A DNA stretch of 64,000 nt from an uncultured Gemmatimonadales bacterium (GCA_963798085.1 CAWCRS010000002.1:381979-445978), one strand, 5' to 3'; counted from the stretch's first letter, positions 43,198 through 54,300 are shown. The notes: generated from the sequence alone by a model not told the origin. Made by a program: numbers and translations.

Positions 43198-43337
43198 AGC
43201 TAACGTGATGGCGGTTCATGACGCGCCGCAGCCGCTTGCGGCGCAGGCGTGTCCGCGCCCATCCCAAGCTACACGCCTCGGCCGCTGCGCGGCCAGCCGC
43301 GCGAACGCGCGGCGCCGCATGAACTAGCGTGTTATCT
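43198..43337 (-). repeat. attC-like site 29
   Basis: agctaac...gttatct. Confidence 0.9.
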
Positions 43338-43411
43338 GATGGCCAGCGCGCGTGTTTGGGACGGCGCACCGTCCGGGATCGTTTTTCCTCCCAATTCGGA
43401 CGCGATAACAC

Positions 43412-44191
43412 TCACGTCTGCGACCCTGCGAGCCAGGGCATGCCGCGATACGAATCGGCGACGACCCATGCCGCGGCCGTGAGCGCCCACGAGACGACGA
43501 ACTCTCCCCAGTCCGACGCACTGGGTGTTCCGATGATGACCGGCACCCACACAAGCACAGTGAACAGGGCAAGTTGTACCACCATCAATACGGCCGCCAG
43601 CCGCGCCAGCACACCGATCAATACTGCGACGCCCGCCGCAATGAATGTCCCGCCGAAGAAGTAGGCCCAAGCCAGGTGCCACGGCAGCCAGCCGGGCACC
43701 ATTGAGGTGGTGCGCGCGAGATAGAGGAAATGCGCGACGCCGAACGGAATCAGCGCGAGACCGTACAGCGCCCGCGCAATGCGAAGTCCCGCGCCGCCGC
43801 GCGCAGACGGGGCACGCTGGCCCTCGCGCTTTCCGGCTGTCCGCACGTACAGCACCCACGCCGCTCCGGCCATGGCCGCGGTCTGGGCGCTGGCCCACCA
43901 CGTGTCCACCGCGAACGCGTGGATCATGCGCGGCACCCGGAGGAAGAGCAGCCAGACCAGGAACGACATCAACAGCACGCGCGCGGCCGCACCGGCAGTG
44001 CGCGGCCAGAGGAGGCCGACGCCGCATATCAGCGAGATAATGGCCGACAACCAGACGAGCGCCTCGCGCAACGGACCACGGTTGAGCGCGGGCAACCAGA
44101 TCTGCGTGAAGTCATCCCTGATTAAGCCCGCGATCCCCAGGATCGCCAGAGTGATCGCGAAGAAAACCAGGCTCCAGTTCTTGATGCGCAT
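43412..44191 (-). CDS. DoxX-like multi-TM membrane protein
   Basis: Two related halves; FGVAHF...MVPGWLP...WAY motif. Confidence 0.75.
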   Translation of the reverse strand: MRIKNWSLVFFAITLAILGIAGLIRDDFTQIWLPALNRGPLREALVWLSAIISLICGVGLLWPRTAGAAARVLLMSFLVWLLFLRVPRMIHAFAVDTWWASAQTAAMAGAAWVLYVRTAGKREGQRAPSARGGAGLRIARALYGLALIPFGVAHFLYLARTTSMVPGWLPWHLAWAYFFGGTFIAAGVAVLIGVLARLAAVLMVVQLALFTVLVWVPVIIGTPSASDWGEFVVSWALTAAAWVVADSYRGMPWLAGSQT

Positions 44192-44339
44192 GGTTCACGC
44201 AGACCAGATCGTGTTCGGGCCGAGGCGCAGAGAGAGCTTCATATCATACACTGTGTCTCGCGTGAGTCACTATCCTGGTGGACGCGCAACTGACTGCATT
44301 TGCCGCGAGCAATTCAACTCCGTACGCGCGCTGGCTTTC

Positions 44340-44477
44340 AGATAACGTGATGGCGGTTCATGACGCGCCGCAGCCGCTTGCGGCGCAGGCGTGTCCGCGC
44401 CCTTCCCAGGCTGCACACATCGGCCGCTGCGCGGCAAGGCCGCGAACGCGGCCGCGGCATGAACTAGCGTGTTAGCT
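44340..44477 (-). repeat. attC-like site 30
   Basis: agataac...gttagct. Confidence 0.9.
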
Positions 44478-44692
44478 GCTGGGCGCGCCCAGCCAAGCGC
44501 GCTACCGCAGCACGAGCTCTGTCACCTTTCCAGACACCGTTGCCGCTCAATGACCGCCGCGCCAGCGGCGGCTGACCTGCATCGCGCTGCCCCATTCAAA
44601 CGCCGCGCCAGCGGCGCCGGTTGCCGACAGCGAGGCCGCCTCGGCCTCGTGACCGCCAACCACAATTCTGTTCGATCCGTTGCGCGCCTTTC
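44478..44692. other. ORF-less cassette (~215 bp)
   Basis: Lies between sites 30 and 31 with matching terminal arms and no convincing ORF. Confidence 0.7.
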
Positions 44693-44836
44693 AGCTAACG
44701 TTTCTGCTGTTCACGACGTGCCGGAGCCGACCGTCAGGGCGGCGCAGGCATGTCCGCGCCCTTCCTAAGCTGCCCGCTTCGGCCACTGCGCGGCCGGCGG
44801 CCGACAGGCCGCCGAGCGTGAAATGGCGTGTTATCT
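44693..44836 (-). repeat. attC-like site 31
   Basis: agctaac...gttatct. Confidence 0.9.
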
Positions 44837-44884
44837 GCCGTTGATCTCTGCCTGGTATTCGCGACCACGTCGGGCTGCTTGCTT

Positions 44885-46033
44885 TCACCAGATTGCCCGG
44901 AATTTCAGGATGTACGGCTCATCATACGCACCCGTGGCCCAACCCCACACCGTGTGTCGCCACGCGGCGACGAGCGTGATCTTGCTTGCCAACGCCAATT
45001 TGCGCGTGCGGCCGGTGCGGTCCACGACGTACCAGTACGCGGAATCCCTGGCCGGGTGGGGAGACCTTACCCAGATCCGACCCTGGTCATCGGCGAACGC
45101 CGGCCCGTTCGCTGGGGGCTGATACTCCGGAAAAGGAACCCGATCCGCGGCTTCCAGCAATGCAGCCCTTGGAAATTCCTCTTCCTTGGCCAGACGATCC
45201 ACCCATGCCTCGCGCAGCGGTGCACAGTCCAGGGGACGCGTGGCGACGAAGTGCGTTGATATGGTGTCTCCTGTCACGCCGATTCGTACATTTGTGAAGC
45301 CGAAATTCGTTGGGTCGGTGATTTCCTGTCGGATCACTGAAAACCACCTGCCGAGCGGATCTGCGACCGCGAGATCTGGATCGGCTGCGGGGTGGCTTCC
45401 GACCATACCCCTGCCGTCCTTCATGCGAAGCACGTAGTTGCTCTCCCGAACGCGTGTCTCCGCCACCGTGTCCAGCACCTCTCCGGTGCGACTGACTCGA
45501 ATCAGCGCGAGCGCCTTGACGGCTGCCTTGGCCTCATCACCCACAGGATTGGATTGGCCACGGTAGAGCAGCGAACCGTCGGCGAGCGGAGCCATGAACC
45601 GAGGCGCGTACTGGAAGGGTCCTAACGGCGCAAGCCGGAATCGAAACTGATCAAGGTATTTACCCGACGACTGGTATCGCAGCACGGTGCCGCTCAGGTC
45701 CGGAGCCCAGATCGTGTCCTTCAGCACGCGCGGTTCAAACGGAGCGGCGAACTCGCCAGGGCCGGACCCTGTCCGCCCGATCATCGCCAGCGAATCGCCA
45801 GCCGCGCTCAGGACCAGCAATCCTGCCACCCTGAACTGCGTAACAAGGAGCACGTCTCCTGCTGGCGGGATTGGTGTGATACTTCCAATCTGTTGAAGAA
45901 CCAAGGAGCTATCAATAGACCCGAATCGATTGACCAAATCGAGCGAGGCAATCGAATCCGCATTCGATTCTCGGACGCCGCGACATCCGATCACGACAAC
46001 AAGGGCAACAATCCCGACGGCTTGTCTGCTCAT
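44885..46033 (-). CDS. 6-bladed beta-propeller lipoprotein
   Basis: VIGC lipobox; GRTGSGPGEF and DDQGRIWV motifs. Confidence 0.82.
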   Translation of the reverse strand: MSRQAVGIVALVVVIGCRGVRESNADSIASLDLVNRFGSIDSSLVLQQIGSITPIPPAGDVLLVTQFRVAGLLVLSAAGDSLAMIGRTGSGPGEFAAPFEPRVLKDTIWAPDLSGTVLRYQSSGKYLDQFRFRLAPLGPFQYAPRFMAPLADGSLLYRGQSNPVGDEAKAAVKALALIRVSRTGEVLDTVAETRVRESNYVLRMKDGRGMVGSHPAADPDLAVADPLGRWFSVIRQEITDPTNFGFTNVRIGVTGDTISTHFVATRPLDCAPLREAWVDRLAKEEEFPRAALLEAADRVPFPEYQPPANGPAFADDQGRIWVRSPHPARDSAYWYVVDRTGRTRKLALASKITLVAAWRHTVWGWATGAYDEPYILKFRAIW

Positions 46034-46060
46034 TTCGGAGCTACCAAAGAGATCAATGGC

Positions 46061-46203
46061 AGATAACGTTAATTGGTTCACGAAGCGCCGGAGCCGACCG
46101 CCAGGGCGGCGCAGGCGTTTCCGCGCCCTTCCGAACCTGCCCCTTTCACGGCCTGCGCGGCAAGCGGCCGCAAGGCCGCGCCGCGTGACACCTGGTGTTA
46201 GCG
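46061..46203 (-). repeat. attC-like site 32
   Basis: agataac...gttagcg. Confidence 0.88.
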
Positions 46204-46371
46204 GCCGTCAGATCTGCTGGCGGCCCGGCGCCTCCCTCACCTGCGGGCGAACCGGGTTGCCGCGCAACTCCAGCCCAACCTGCGGGCCTGGAACGTCACC
46301 CAATGGGCGCGGAAGGCATTGGCCGCCAACTCGGCCAGCCGGCTCATAACCGGCGTGTGCTCCTGCTGGGT

Positions 46372-47013
46372 TCAGCTGGACCATATGCGAAACCCAAAAC
46401 GAACTTGCACGAACCCTTGCCACTCGCGGCCATTACCCAGGAGTTCTCGTGGAGCGCCGAGTCTGAAACGCTCGAGATCGTAGGCGACACCAACCCTCCA
46501 ATACTCGACATCGACCACCAGGGCGCCCCACGTGGTCAGGGGCCCGTACCCTGCACCCAGAATCCAGGCCGGCGAGCGACGTGCCGGATACCACGCTCCA
46601 CCTCCAATGACTCGCACGGCACCCCCTTGCGCCCTACGCGGCGTCAGGACCACGCGGGCTTCACCAGCCACGCTGAGGTTTCCGCGTCGTGGAGTGAAGT
46701 GCCGTACAATGTCGCCGTCCATCAGGGGGAGCGCGTCGTTGGAGCAGTAGGGTCCGGGTGGAATCTGCAGCATGCCCGAGATACCCAGCTCGGCAGTAAG
46801 GATGCCGAGGACATGATGCTCTCCACGAATGGACGGAGCCGCCGCAAGTGGATTGCCGCATCCCACCTGGAACCGGTCAGGATACTGCGTGGAGAGTGCC
46901 AGATTCACGGTGAGGCGTCTGCGCGGTTCCTGCGCGTGAAGCATCGTAGCGTGGATCAAGCCTATGATCGACGCGACGATTGCCATTCTGACGATGAGCC
47001 GACTTCGCGACAT
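46372..47013 (-). CDS. Secreted hypothetical protein, possibly a small outer-membrane beta-barrel
   Basis: Signal peptide; alternating beta strands ending VQVRFGFRIW. Confidence 0.6.
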   Translation of the reverse strand: MSRSRLIVRMAIVASIIGLIHATMLHAQEPRRRLTVNLALSTQYPDRFQVGCGNPLAAAPSIRGEHHVLGILTAELGISGMLQIPPGPYCSNDALPLMDGDIVRHFTPRRGNLSVAGEARVVLTPRRAQGGAVRVIGGGAWYPARRSPAWILGAGYGPLTTWGALVVDVEYWRVGVAYDLERFRLGAPRELLGNGREWQGFVQVRFGFRIWSS

Positions 47014-47089
47014 GACGCCCTCCATGAGAAACAACGCACCGGAGGGTCTCATCCATACATCGACTTCAATCTGTTGCAGATCTGATGGC

Positions 47090-47233
47090 CGTTAACGTCT
47101 CGGTTGTTCACGACGTGCTGGAGCCGACCGCCAGGGCGGCGCAGGCATGTCCGCGCCCTTCACCTGCTGCCCGCCTCGGCCGTTGCGCGGCCGGCGGCCG
47201 CCAGGCCGCCGTGCGTGAAATGACGTGTTATAC
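47090..47233 (-). repeat. attC-like site 33
   Basis: cgttaac...gttatac. Confidence 0.9.
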
Positions 47234-48455
47234 GCCGGTGGCCGTTGCTTGGGATCGTTGGTTGACTGGCCCACGCTCCAACCGGAAGACGCCCGCATGT
47301 TCCACATCGAACTCGCCCACCCATCGACCAAGCACGGTCGCGCTATCCGCTTCGAGAGGGGTGAAGCTCACAGGCAGATCGAGTGAACCCTCGAACACGC
47401 CCTCCGCGTTGAACACCCGCCAGCGCACGGTCACTGCGTCGGCATGCGCGTACTCGCGAACCCATATCTCGCCGGTGGCGCCTACCAGCAACCCATCGCA
47501 CCTGGGAAACTGCGCGGGATAGGCGACCTCCGAAAGTGCCTCGCGCACGGCCCCCGCGACGTCGGGTGCCCGCTTGACCGTTGCCCGCGCAAAGGCCTTC
47601 TTGTCTGCTGGTGCTACGGGCTCCGGCTTCGGCAGCGCAAGTTCGAGGGTCCGGTCGAGTATGCCGGTGGACGAGTAAAAGCGAAACACCGCACTCGCAC
47701 CATCATTGAAGACATAGCCACCGCGCCAGGTCGCGAAGCGGCTCATGGGAGAAAACGGCACCTGCATGACGAACCGGTTTTGGGTACCGGGCGCGTACAA
47801 CTGCAGGCTGGGGAACTGTGCCAGGTACGTCACGCCCTTCGTGGCGAGGCCGAATCGTACAACCCACGTGGAATCCGCGATCGTGCCGCGGTGCTCCCCG
47901 GGCGGCTGCGGAGCTCCATTGCTCAACAGCAGAACGCTCCCGTCCGGAAACGCACCAAGGATCGCTGGCCATGGCCTGGGAACCGCCACAGCTGGCAACC
48001 GGACCTCGGAGCGAAACACACCGTCCCGGTCAAAGATCGAAAAGCGCCGGAGTCCAAAGTCATAGGCGAGAATCGAGTCACCACCGAGCCGGCCGATCCA
48101 GCTCAACGACTGAAACGCACCCGGGCCTCGTCCGCTTCCACCCACCGTCTTCTGGAATCGCCCATTCGCATCCCCTATACGTGAGCGTTCGATCTCGGGC
48201 GTCGGCGATTACGAACCCACCGCCATTCAGGCGAACGACATCGCCTCGGGAGAACATGCTATTGGAACCACTACTCGCGATCTCACCAAGACTGATCACC
48301 GGCTGCTTCGAAAGCTGCCAACTCGCCGCATTCGCATGCGCGACCGGGCGACCGCTACAGCCTGCCGCTGTGAGCGCGGCCGCGAGTAGAAACGGTCCGA
48401 CATGAACTCCAAGTGCTTCGCGCACAGAGTTGCCTGGGTTCAAGTCCAAGGCCAC
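47228..48455 (-). pseudogene. 6-bladed beta-propeller lipoprotein, frameshifted (~48170)
   Basis: AAGC lipobox in 48078..48455; GGSGRGPGAF and GEIWV in 47228..48145. Confidence 0.75.
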
Positions 48456-48459
48456 TGGC

Positions 48460-48603
48460 GTATAACGTCTCTGCTGTTCACGACGTGCCGGAGCCGACCG
48501 TCAGGGCGGCGCAGGCATGTCCGCGCCCTTCATGTGCTGCCCGCCTCGGCCGTTGCGCGGCCGGCGGCCGTCAGGCCGCCGCGCGTGAAATGGCGTGTTA
48601 GCG
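48460..48603 (-). repeat. attC-like site 34
   Basis: gtataac...gttagcg. Confidence 0.9.
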
Positions 48604-48937
48604 GCCGTGCTTGAACGCGGTTGCCGAACCCACCTTCATCGGAGAGCCTGAAGGGTAGCCCGGCCTTGCTTGGTCACGAGACCGGGTGGCTCACAACACC
48701 GATCACACGACTTCTTCCGCTCAACATCCAGGAATCAGACTGGCTCTTGGTAGCCCCGGCCTATCGTACCACCGGCCTGCATGCCCGTCGGCCAACCGAG
48801 GGCGCACCCGTCTGGAGGTTGCCTTGACCCGACAGGCATCGCCTTCAATACCACGGCCAGCTTCAAGCGCCACGTTGCGTCTGCTCTGGCCAGCGGCCAT
48901 TATGGTGATTATGATCCACTATCACAAGGAGGCTCGA

Positions 48938-49222
48938 ATGAACGCCAGCAAGCACGTGTCCGTCGCCGAGATCAAGGCTACGTTGTCCGAACAGATCCGC
49001 GCGGCCGAGCATGGGGGCACTGTTCTCATCACGCGGCGCGGGCGACCGGTCGCCGCCCTCGTTTCCGCCAATGAACTCGAGCGACTTCGACGTCTTCAGA
49101 GCGCCGGTCCCGAAGGTGGGCTCGCCAGCCTGGCGGGTGGCTGGAAGGGCTCGGACGAATTGGCTGATCTGATCGCCACCTCGCCGCGGCGTGGCCGCCG
49201 GCCAACGGCAAGGCTCAGTTAA
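48938..49222 (+). CDS. Phd/YefM antitoxin
   Basis: VSVAEIKATLS...VLITRRGRPVAALV motif. Confidence 0.9.
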   Translation: MNASKHVSVAEIKATLSEQIRAAEHGGTVLITRRGRPVAALVSANELERLRRLQSAGPEGGLASLAGGWKGSDELADLIATSPRRGRRPTARLS

Positions 49223-49224
49223 TC

Positions 49225-49641
49225 ATGGCATTCCTGTTTGATACCGACGCCATCTCAGAACTGCTGCGGCCCAAGCCAAGCCCGAGCTATCTGAAGTGGC
49301 TGAAGCGAATTTCGCGTGAAGACCAATTCACCAGCGCTGTCACGATCGGCGAGCTCTTCAAGGGTGCCTACCGATCGCCGGCCGCGAGGCGCCACCTGAA
49401 GAACATCGAGGAAAGGATTCTGCCAGCCGTGACGGTATTGCCCTACAATGTTGCGACAGCGCGCGTCTTCGGGCAAATCCAAGCCCACCTCGAAGACGAG
49501 GGCCAACCGCTCGCTGACGCCGACCTCCAGATCGCCGCCACTGCAATCTTCCACGGTCTGGAATTGGTGACGGGCAACCTCAAGCACTTTCAGCGTGTAC
49601 CCGGTCTCACGATCAATCCGGCAATGGCGGAAGGTCGCTGA
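49225..49641 (+). CDS. vapC: VapC/PIN toxin
   Basis: LFDTDAISE...DLQIAATA...LVTGN.KHF motif. Confidence 0.9.
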   Translation: MAFLFDTDAISELLRPKPSPSYLKWLKRISREDQFTSAVTIGELFKGAYRSPAARRHLKNIEERILPAVTVLPYNVATARVFGQIQAHLEDEGQPLADADLQIAATAIFHGLELVTGNLKHFQRVPGLTINPAMAEGR

Positions 49642-49717
49642 CTCTCGACGTGTCGACGACAGCCGGGCACTCGAACTCCCAACTCAGGCGCGCCCAACGC
49701 GTGCGGTCAAGCATGGC

Positions 49718-49857
49718 CGTTAACGTGATGGCGGTTCATGACGCGCCGAAGCCGCTTGCGGCGCAGGCGTGTCCGCGCCCTTCCCAAGTTACACGCCTCG
49801 GCCATTGCGCGGCCAGCCGCGCGAACGCGCGGCGCAGCATGAACCAGCGTGTTAGCC
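49718..49857 (-). repeat. attC-like site 35
   Basis: cgttaac...gttagcc. Confidence 0.9.
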
Positions 49858-49883
49858 GAAGGACATCCGTGCCCACCTTGTGA

Positions 49884-51214
49884 TCAATGCTCGATTTCGA
49901 CGCGGGCCACCCTTTCGACCCCGGAATCATCGCGCAGAACGCCGAGTAACCCATGGTCGCCGGCTGATTGCGGCGAAAACCCGTTGGGCATCGTGATGGT
50001 GCCGAGGAAATGCCACTGCGATCAAACCAATCCCAGAACTGACTACGCTTGCGAGGACGGGTCCAGAGGCGATCCAGGGGATCGGCAACCAGATCAAGCC
50101 GCTCCAGCCAGAGCGCCCCGTCCGAACCAACGATCAAACGTCCGATCGGGGCGAGAACCGCTTGACGAGGACCGGACGCCAGCTCGAGATCGGCAGCGCG
50201 TCCGACCGTGTTCCGGCCTGCCCGCTCCATGCTATCCCAATAGGCCCTTACTCGCTCGCGGTACCGATCGACCAACTTGTCCGTCATTGCGATGGGCCGA
50301 TGGTTGCGCCGAATCCGTCGGACGAGTGTGCCTGCTGGCGAGTAGACCGCCACGTCATAGGCCTGAGCATCGGGTACATATGTCCAGCCTGACCGGTCGA
50401 CGGTGTAGAAGTGTTCCTGCGAGCCGAATGCCGGAAATCCGCCCGGTCCCTCTCCAGCCATCCGTGTGTACCAGCGCACCCAGGGAAACGTGACGATCGT
50501 GCGAACCGAGTTCGGGTCTGACTCGTGAAGGCCGGGAAACTGAAGCACGCGGATCGAGTCAACGTGGGTTGATCCGACCGGGCCGGTCGGCGTGAACACG
50601 ACACTCACTGCTTCCCAGCCTGTGCGGGTACGCGCAACCGGGTAGATCCAGCCAACTCCGCCCTCAGGTGGCTTGAGTGAAACCACATCGAGCACCTCGC
50701 CGGCAAGACTGAACAGCGTGACACGCCTCAGACGCGCATCCCAGATCACGAGAGTGTCGCCTGTGATGAACGGAAACGCCGGCTCACCAAACTCGCCAGG
50801 CCCTTCACCCGCGCGACCGATGGTGCGGACATACTCTCCCTTCGTGTCGAACACGCGCAGCGACTGCTCGCCAGCGTCCACGACGTAAATGTGGTCTGCG
50901 TGGCCGAAAACGCTGGTGATGCGGAAAAAGCGCACGTACTCAGGACCATCCTCCCGCCCGATTAGTAGCGTGGTTTTCGGATGATCCAGTATGTCCGCTG
51001 ACAGTTCACCCGCACCCGCGTTGTCGACGATCTGCACACCGGCGCTATCCCGTACGGTCAGCCCCAAGGAGGCCGGCGTTCTGCGACCACAGCCAACGGC
51101 CAGGCTCAGCAGCGCGATCTGAACCCAATCTGCTGCAGCGCTGCCGGCCGCAGACCCGACCGACCGTCTTGAGAATCTGCCGCCGTAGAGAGGGGTTGCC
51201 GAAATGACGGGCAT
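49884..51214 (-). pseudogene. 6-bladed beta-propeller lipoprotein, frameshift near the C-terminus (~50010)
   Basis: AVGC lipobox; RDSAGVQIVDN and GRAGEGPGEF motifs; the C-terminus FLGTITMP...VARVEIEH* is in a shifted frame. Confidence 0.78.
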
Positions 51215-51247
51215 GCCTCCTCCAAATGCTTGGTCAGGATGTCTTTC

Positions 51248-51400
51248 GGCTAACGTTGAAAGTTCATGACGTGCCGGAGCCGACCGCAAGGGCGGCGCAG
51301 GCATGTCCGGCGAAGCGCAGCCCCAAGCCGCTTGCGGCGCAGGGCGCAGCGCCGCCGGCAAGACCGCGCCAGCGGGCGCAGCATGAACTGGATGTTAGCT
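51248..51400 (-). repeat. attC-like site 36
   Basis: ggctaac...gttagct. Confidence 0.85.
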
Positions 51401-51539
51401 GACGTCTGAGTGCCTGGTTGACCCGCCACACTGCGTTGGACCTCCTGGCAGCGGCCCGGTCCACACGTTCACGATCGGCCGCTTGACGTGTGTAGCACTG
51501 CGATGCTACGTTGGGACGTCTCGTCACCAGAGGTGGACC

Positions 51540-51767
51540 ATGGTTCGAAAGGTGACCCTGCGCCAAATGGGCGGCTCCGTCGGCGCCACGCTCCCCAAGG
51601 ATATGGCCGATCGACTCCATGTCGAGCCCGGGGACGAGGTCTTCATCATTGAAACCGACCGCGGCATCCTGCTCACACCTTACGATCCCGATTTCGACAA
51701 TGCTATGGCGGCCTATCACCGCGGCGCCAGGAAGTACCGCCATGCGCTCCGCAAGCTGGCCGAATAG
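51540..51767 (+). CDS. AbrB/MazE-type antitoxin
   Basis: LRQMGGSVGATLPK motif. Confidence 0.88.
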   Translation: MVRKVTLRQMGGSVGATLPKDMADRLHVEPGDEVFIIETDRGILLTPYDPDFDNAMAAYHRGARKYRHALRKLAE

Positions 51768-51773
51768 CGCCGC

Positions 51774-52169
51774 GTGCAGGAACCGCGCTGGCTGGACCGA
51801 ACGCTGCTCGAGGCCATTCACGCGGATCTGATTCGCGAACATGGCGGTGCTCCGGGCCTGCGCGATATGGGTCTGATCAATGCCGCGCTCGCGCGACCGC
51901 GGCATCACTGGGCTTACGCGAAGCAACCTACCCTGGCCACCATCGCAGCTTCGCTCGGCTTCGGCCTGATCCGCAATCACGGGTTTATCGACGGCAACAA
52001 ACGTCTCGGTCTCATGGCCATCTACGTGTTCCTGTGGATCAACGGACTGGAGCTCCATGTCAGTGAGCCAGAAGCCGCGGAAGTCATCCTTGCTGTAGCC
52101 GCCGGTTCCATCTCCGAGCGACGCCTCGCCACCTGGATCCACGCCAACACTATTGACGCCGAGGTTTAG
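51774..52169 (+). CDS. doc: Doc (Fic family) toxin
   Basis: NHGFIDGNKR motif. Confidence 0.92.
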   Translation: MQEPRWLDRTLLEAIHADLIREHGGAPGLRDMGLINAALARPRHHWAYAKQPTLATIAASLGFGLIRNHGFIDGNKRLGLMAIYVFLWINGLELHVSEPEAAEVILAVAAGSISERRLATWIHANTIDAEV

Positions 52170-52240
52170 ATCCCGCTACGACCTTCCCACACTGCGCGCG
52201 GTATGGCCGGGATCTGTTGTCGTTGGGCACTCAGAATGTT

Positions 52241-52384
52241 AGCTAACGTTTCTGCTGTTCACGACGTGCCGGAGCCGACCGTCAGGGCGGCGCAGGCATG
52301 TCCGCGCCCTTCACATGCTGCCCATTTCGGCCGTTGCGCGGCCGGCGGCCGACAGGCCGCCGAGCGTGAAATGGCGTGTTATCT
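52241..52384 (-). repeat. attC-like site 37
   Basis: agctaac...gttatct. Confidence 0.9.
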
Positions 52385-52407
52385 GATGGCCACAACCGGT
52401 GCTTGGC

Positions 52408-53064
52408 TCAGCGATCCGCATGGTTCGGGCTCGATGCCAGAGAAAGGTCTGAGGAACGACGCCGCCGGCGAGCGAGCCGTCCGACAATCACTTCGCTCGA
52501 TACTTCGCCACGAACCGGCCGCCAGATCCTGACGTCATCGACGCCGAGTACGGAAATCACGCCGATGTTCAGTCCATGGTGTTGGGACAGCTCCGAGAGA
52601 GCCGCTGTCAGGCTGGGCCCGGGTTGCGAATCCAGCGCAGCATAGAACGCAATCCGGTTCGGACGAAGGCGCCGGCCGCTACAGAGCGCTCGCCACGCCT
52701 CGGTTGGCGGACCCAACCCTCGGTTCAACATGAGCAGTGATACGGGTCGCAAGCTGCGCGCAGACCTGGCGTTGTTCTCCGCATACGACTTCATCAGACG
52801 AAGCCCCATGTAGCCAAGCCGGAGAGCGCCCGCATAATACATCAACAATTGGCCAATCACCTTGCTCTTGCTATCGACGGAGGCACCCTGCTTGGCTTCC
52901 ACGATGATCATTCGATAGGGGCCCGTAGTAGGCAGCAGCACGAGATCAGCGACGCCAAAGCCCAGTCCGATACGAGAGCGCCGAATGAAGGGTAGATCGC
53001 CAGCTCCAAAGATCGTGTGGCGATTCCGGATCACATTGTTCTCGATAAACCGCTCGCGACCCAT
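52408..53064 (-). CDS. PD-(D/E)XK nuclease-like protein
   Basis: E...ADLVLL...IVEAK...IGQLLMY motif. Confidence 0.65.
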   Translation of the reverse strand: MGRERFIENNVIRNRHTIFGAGDLPFIRRSRIGLGFGVADLVLLPTTGPYRMIIVEAKQGASVDSKSKVIGQLLMYYAGALRLGYMGLRLMKSYAENNARSARSLRPVSLLMLNRGLGPPTEAWRALCSGRRLRPNRIAFYAALDSQPGPSLTAALSELSQHHGLNIGVISVLGVDDVRIWRPVRGEVSSEVIVGRLARRRRRSSDLSLASSPNHADR

Positions 53065-53157
53065 CCGCCTCTCCTTGGATCCGCACCTTGACCTGGTTTT
53101 GGCACATTGCTGCCGACTCAGCGACCTACCTCATAGTCCTTTCCGGTTGTGGCTTTC

Positions 53158-53297
53158 AGATAACGTGATGGCGGTTCATGACGCGCCGGAGCCGCTTGCG
53201 GCGCAGGCGTGTCCGCGCCCCTCCCAAGCTACACGCCTCGGCCGTTGCGCGGCCAGCCGCGCGCACGCGCGGCGCAGCATGAACTAGCGTGTTATCT
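53158..53297 (-). repeat. attC-like site 38
   Basis: agataac...gttatct. Confidence 0.9.
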
Positions 53298-53327
53298 GCT
53301 GTTGCCCCGTGCACCGGTTCGCGATGT

Positions 53328-54119
53328 TCAGCCGACGGTACCACGAGCTCCTTTGCCCCACCGGCTTGAACCGGTGCTTGCGAAGAACCACACGTTGAAC
53401 GGGCGCTCGTTTGGAAGGAAGTCATGGTCCAAAGGCCTTCCCACTCGGGATTCGATGTGCTCGCAAAGGGGCAACTTCTTGGACTGCCCACGGGGATCAC
53501 GTCCGCCCGCTCGGTATGTTACGGCGCCGAGGAGGACATCAGCAAGTTGGTGAATCCTGGCCATCTTGGGAGTCTTCCGGTTGACCTCTGTCACTAAGGT
53601 GCCACTACCAAACTCATCCTTGAGCCGCCCGGCAACCGTCTTCCCGAGGATATCACCACGATAGGGGTACTGATCAGGCAGAATGGCGATTCTGAGATCC
53701 AGACATTGCGAGCGGGTGGCAACGTTTTCCAGGCTGCGCGTGATGAAGAAGTGGTAGAACTTGTAGAAGCCATCCTCTTCGGTGTTGCAGCCCCATGCCG
53801 GAGCTCGGAGCGGATTGGTGCTGGTATCTACGAGCATGGCGCGAAAATCAAGTAGCCTTTCAGTGCCCTGAAGCTGCCAGAACATGTCAACGAATGCCTT
53901 GTAACGATCGAGCTCGTTGCTACTGCATTTCTTCCAGCTGAATTCCTTCTCGGCGAACCCGCAGGATCTAGCGAACGCTTCAAGGGCTTCTTCGAATGCT
54001 TCAACGCTTGCTCCGAGTGCGAACGTGCCGCCGTACCCGAGGACACGCTCGCCCAGGCCGCTCTCGTCCGAGAATACGGCATAGCACTGGCGCCGAACTG
54101 GCGGTTCAAGTCGAGTCAT
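53328..54119 (-). CDS. DUF3800 family protein
   Basis: FSDESG...E..W...QLADVLLGA motif. Confidence 0.78.
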   Translation of the reverse strand: MTRLEPPVRRQCYAVFSDESGLGERVLGYGGTFALGASVEAFEEALEAFARSCGFAEKEFSWKKCSSNELDRYKAFVDMFWQLQGTERLLDFRAMLVDTSTNPLRAPAWGCNTEEDGFYKFYHFFITRSLENVATRSQCLDLRIAILPDQYPYRGDILGKTVAGRLKDEFGSGTLVTEVNRKTPKMARIHQLADVLLGAVTYRAGGRDPRGQSKKLPLCEHIESRVGRPLDHDFLPNERPFNVWFFASTGSSRWGKGARGTVG

Positions 54120-54152
54120 GCGACTTCTGACGTTGAGACAAGGGGCAATTGC

Positions 54153-54300
54153 AGATAACGTAATGAGGGTTCACGACGCGCCGGAGCCGCTTGCGGCGGA
54201 GGCGTGTCCGGCGAAGCGGAACCCAAGCCGCTCGCGGCGCAGGGTGAAGCGCCGCCGGCAAGGCCGCGTCAGCGGCCGTAGCGTGAAACCGATGTTATCT
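54153..54300 (-). repeat. attC-like site 39
   Basis: agataac...gttatct. Confidence 0.85.
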
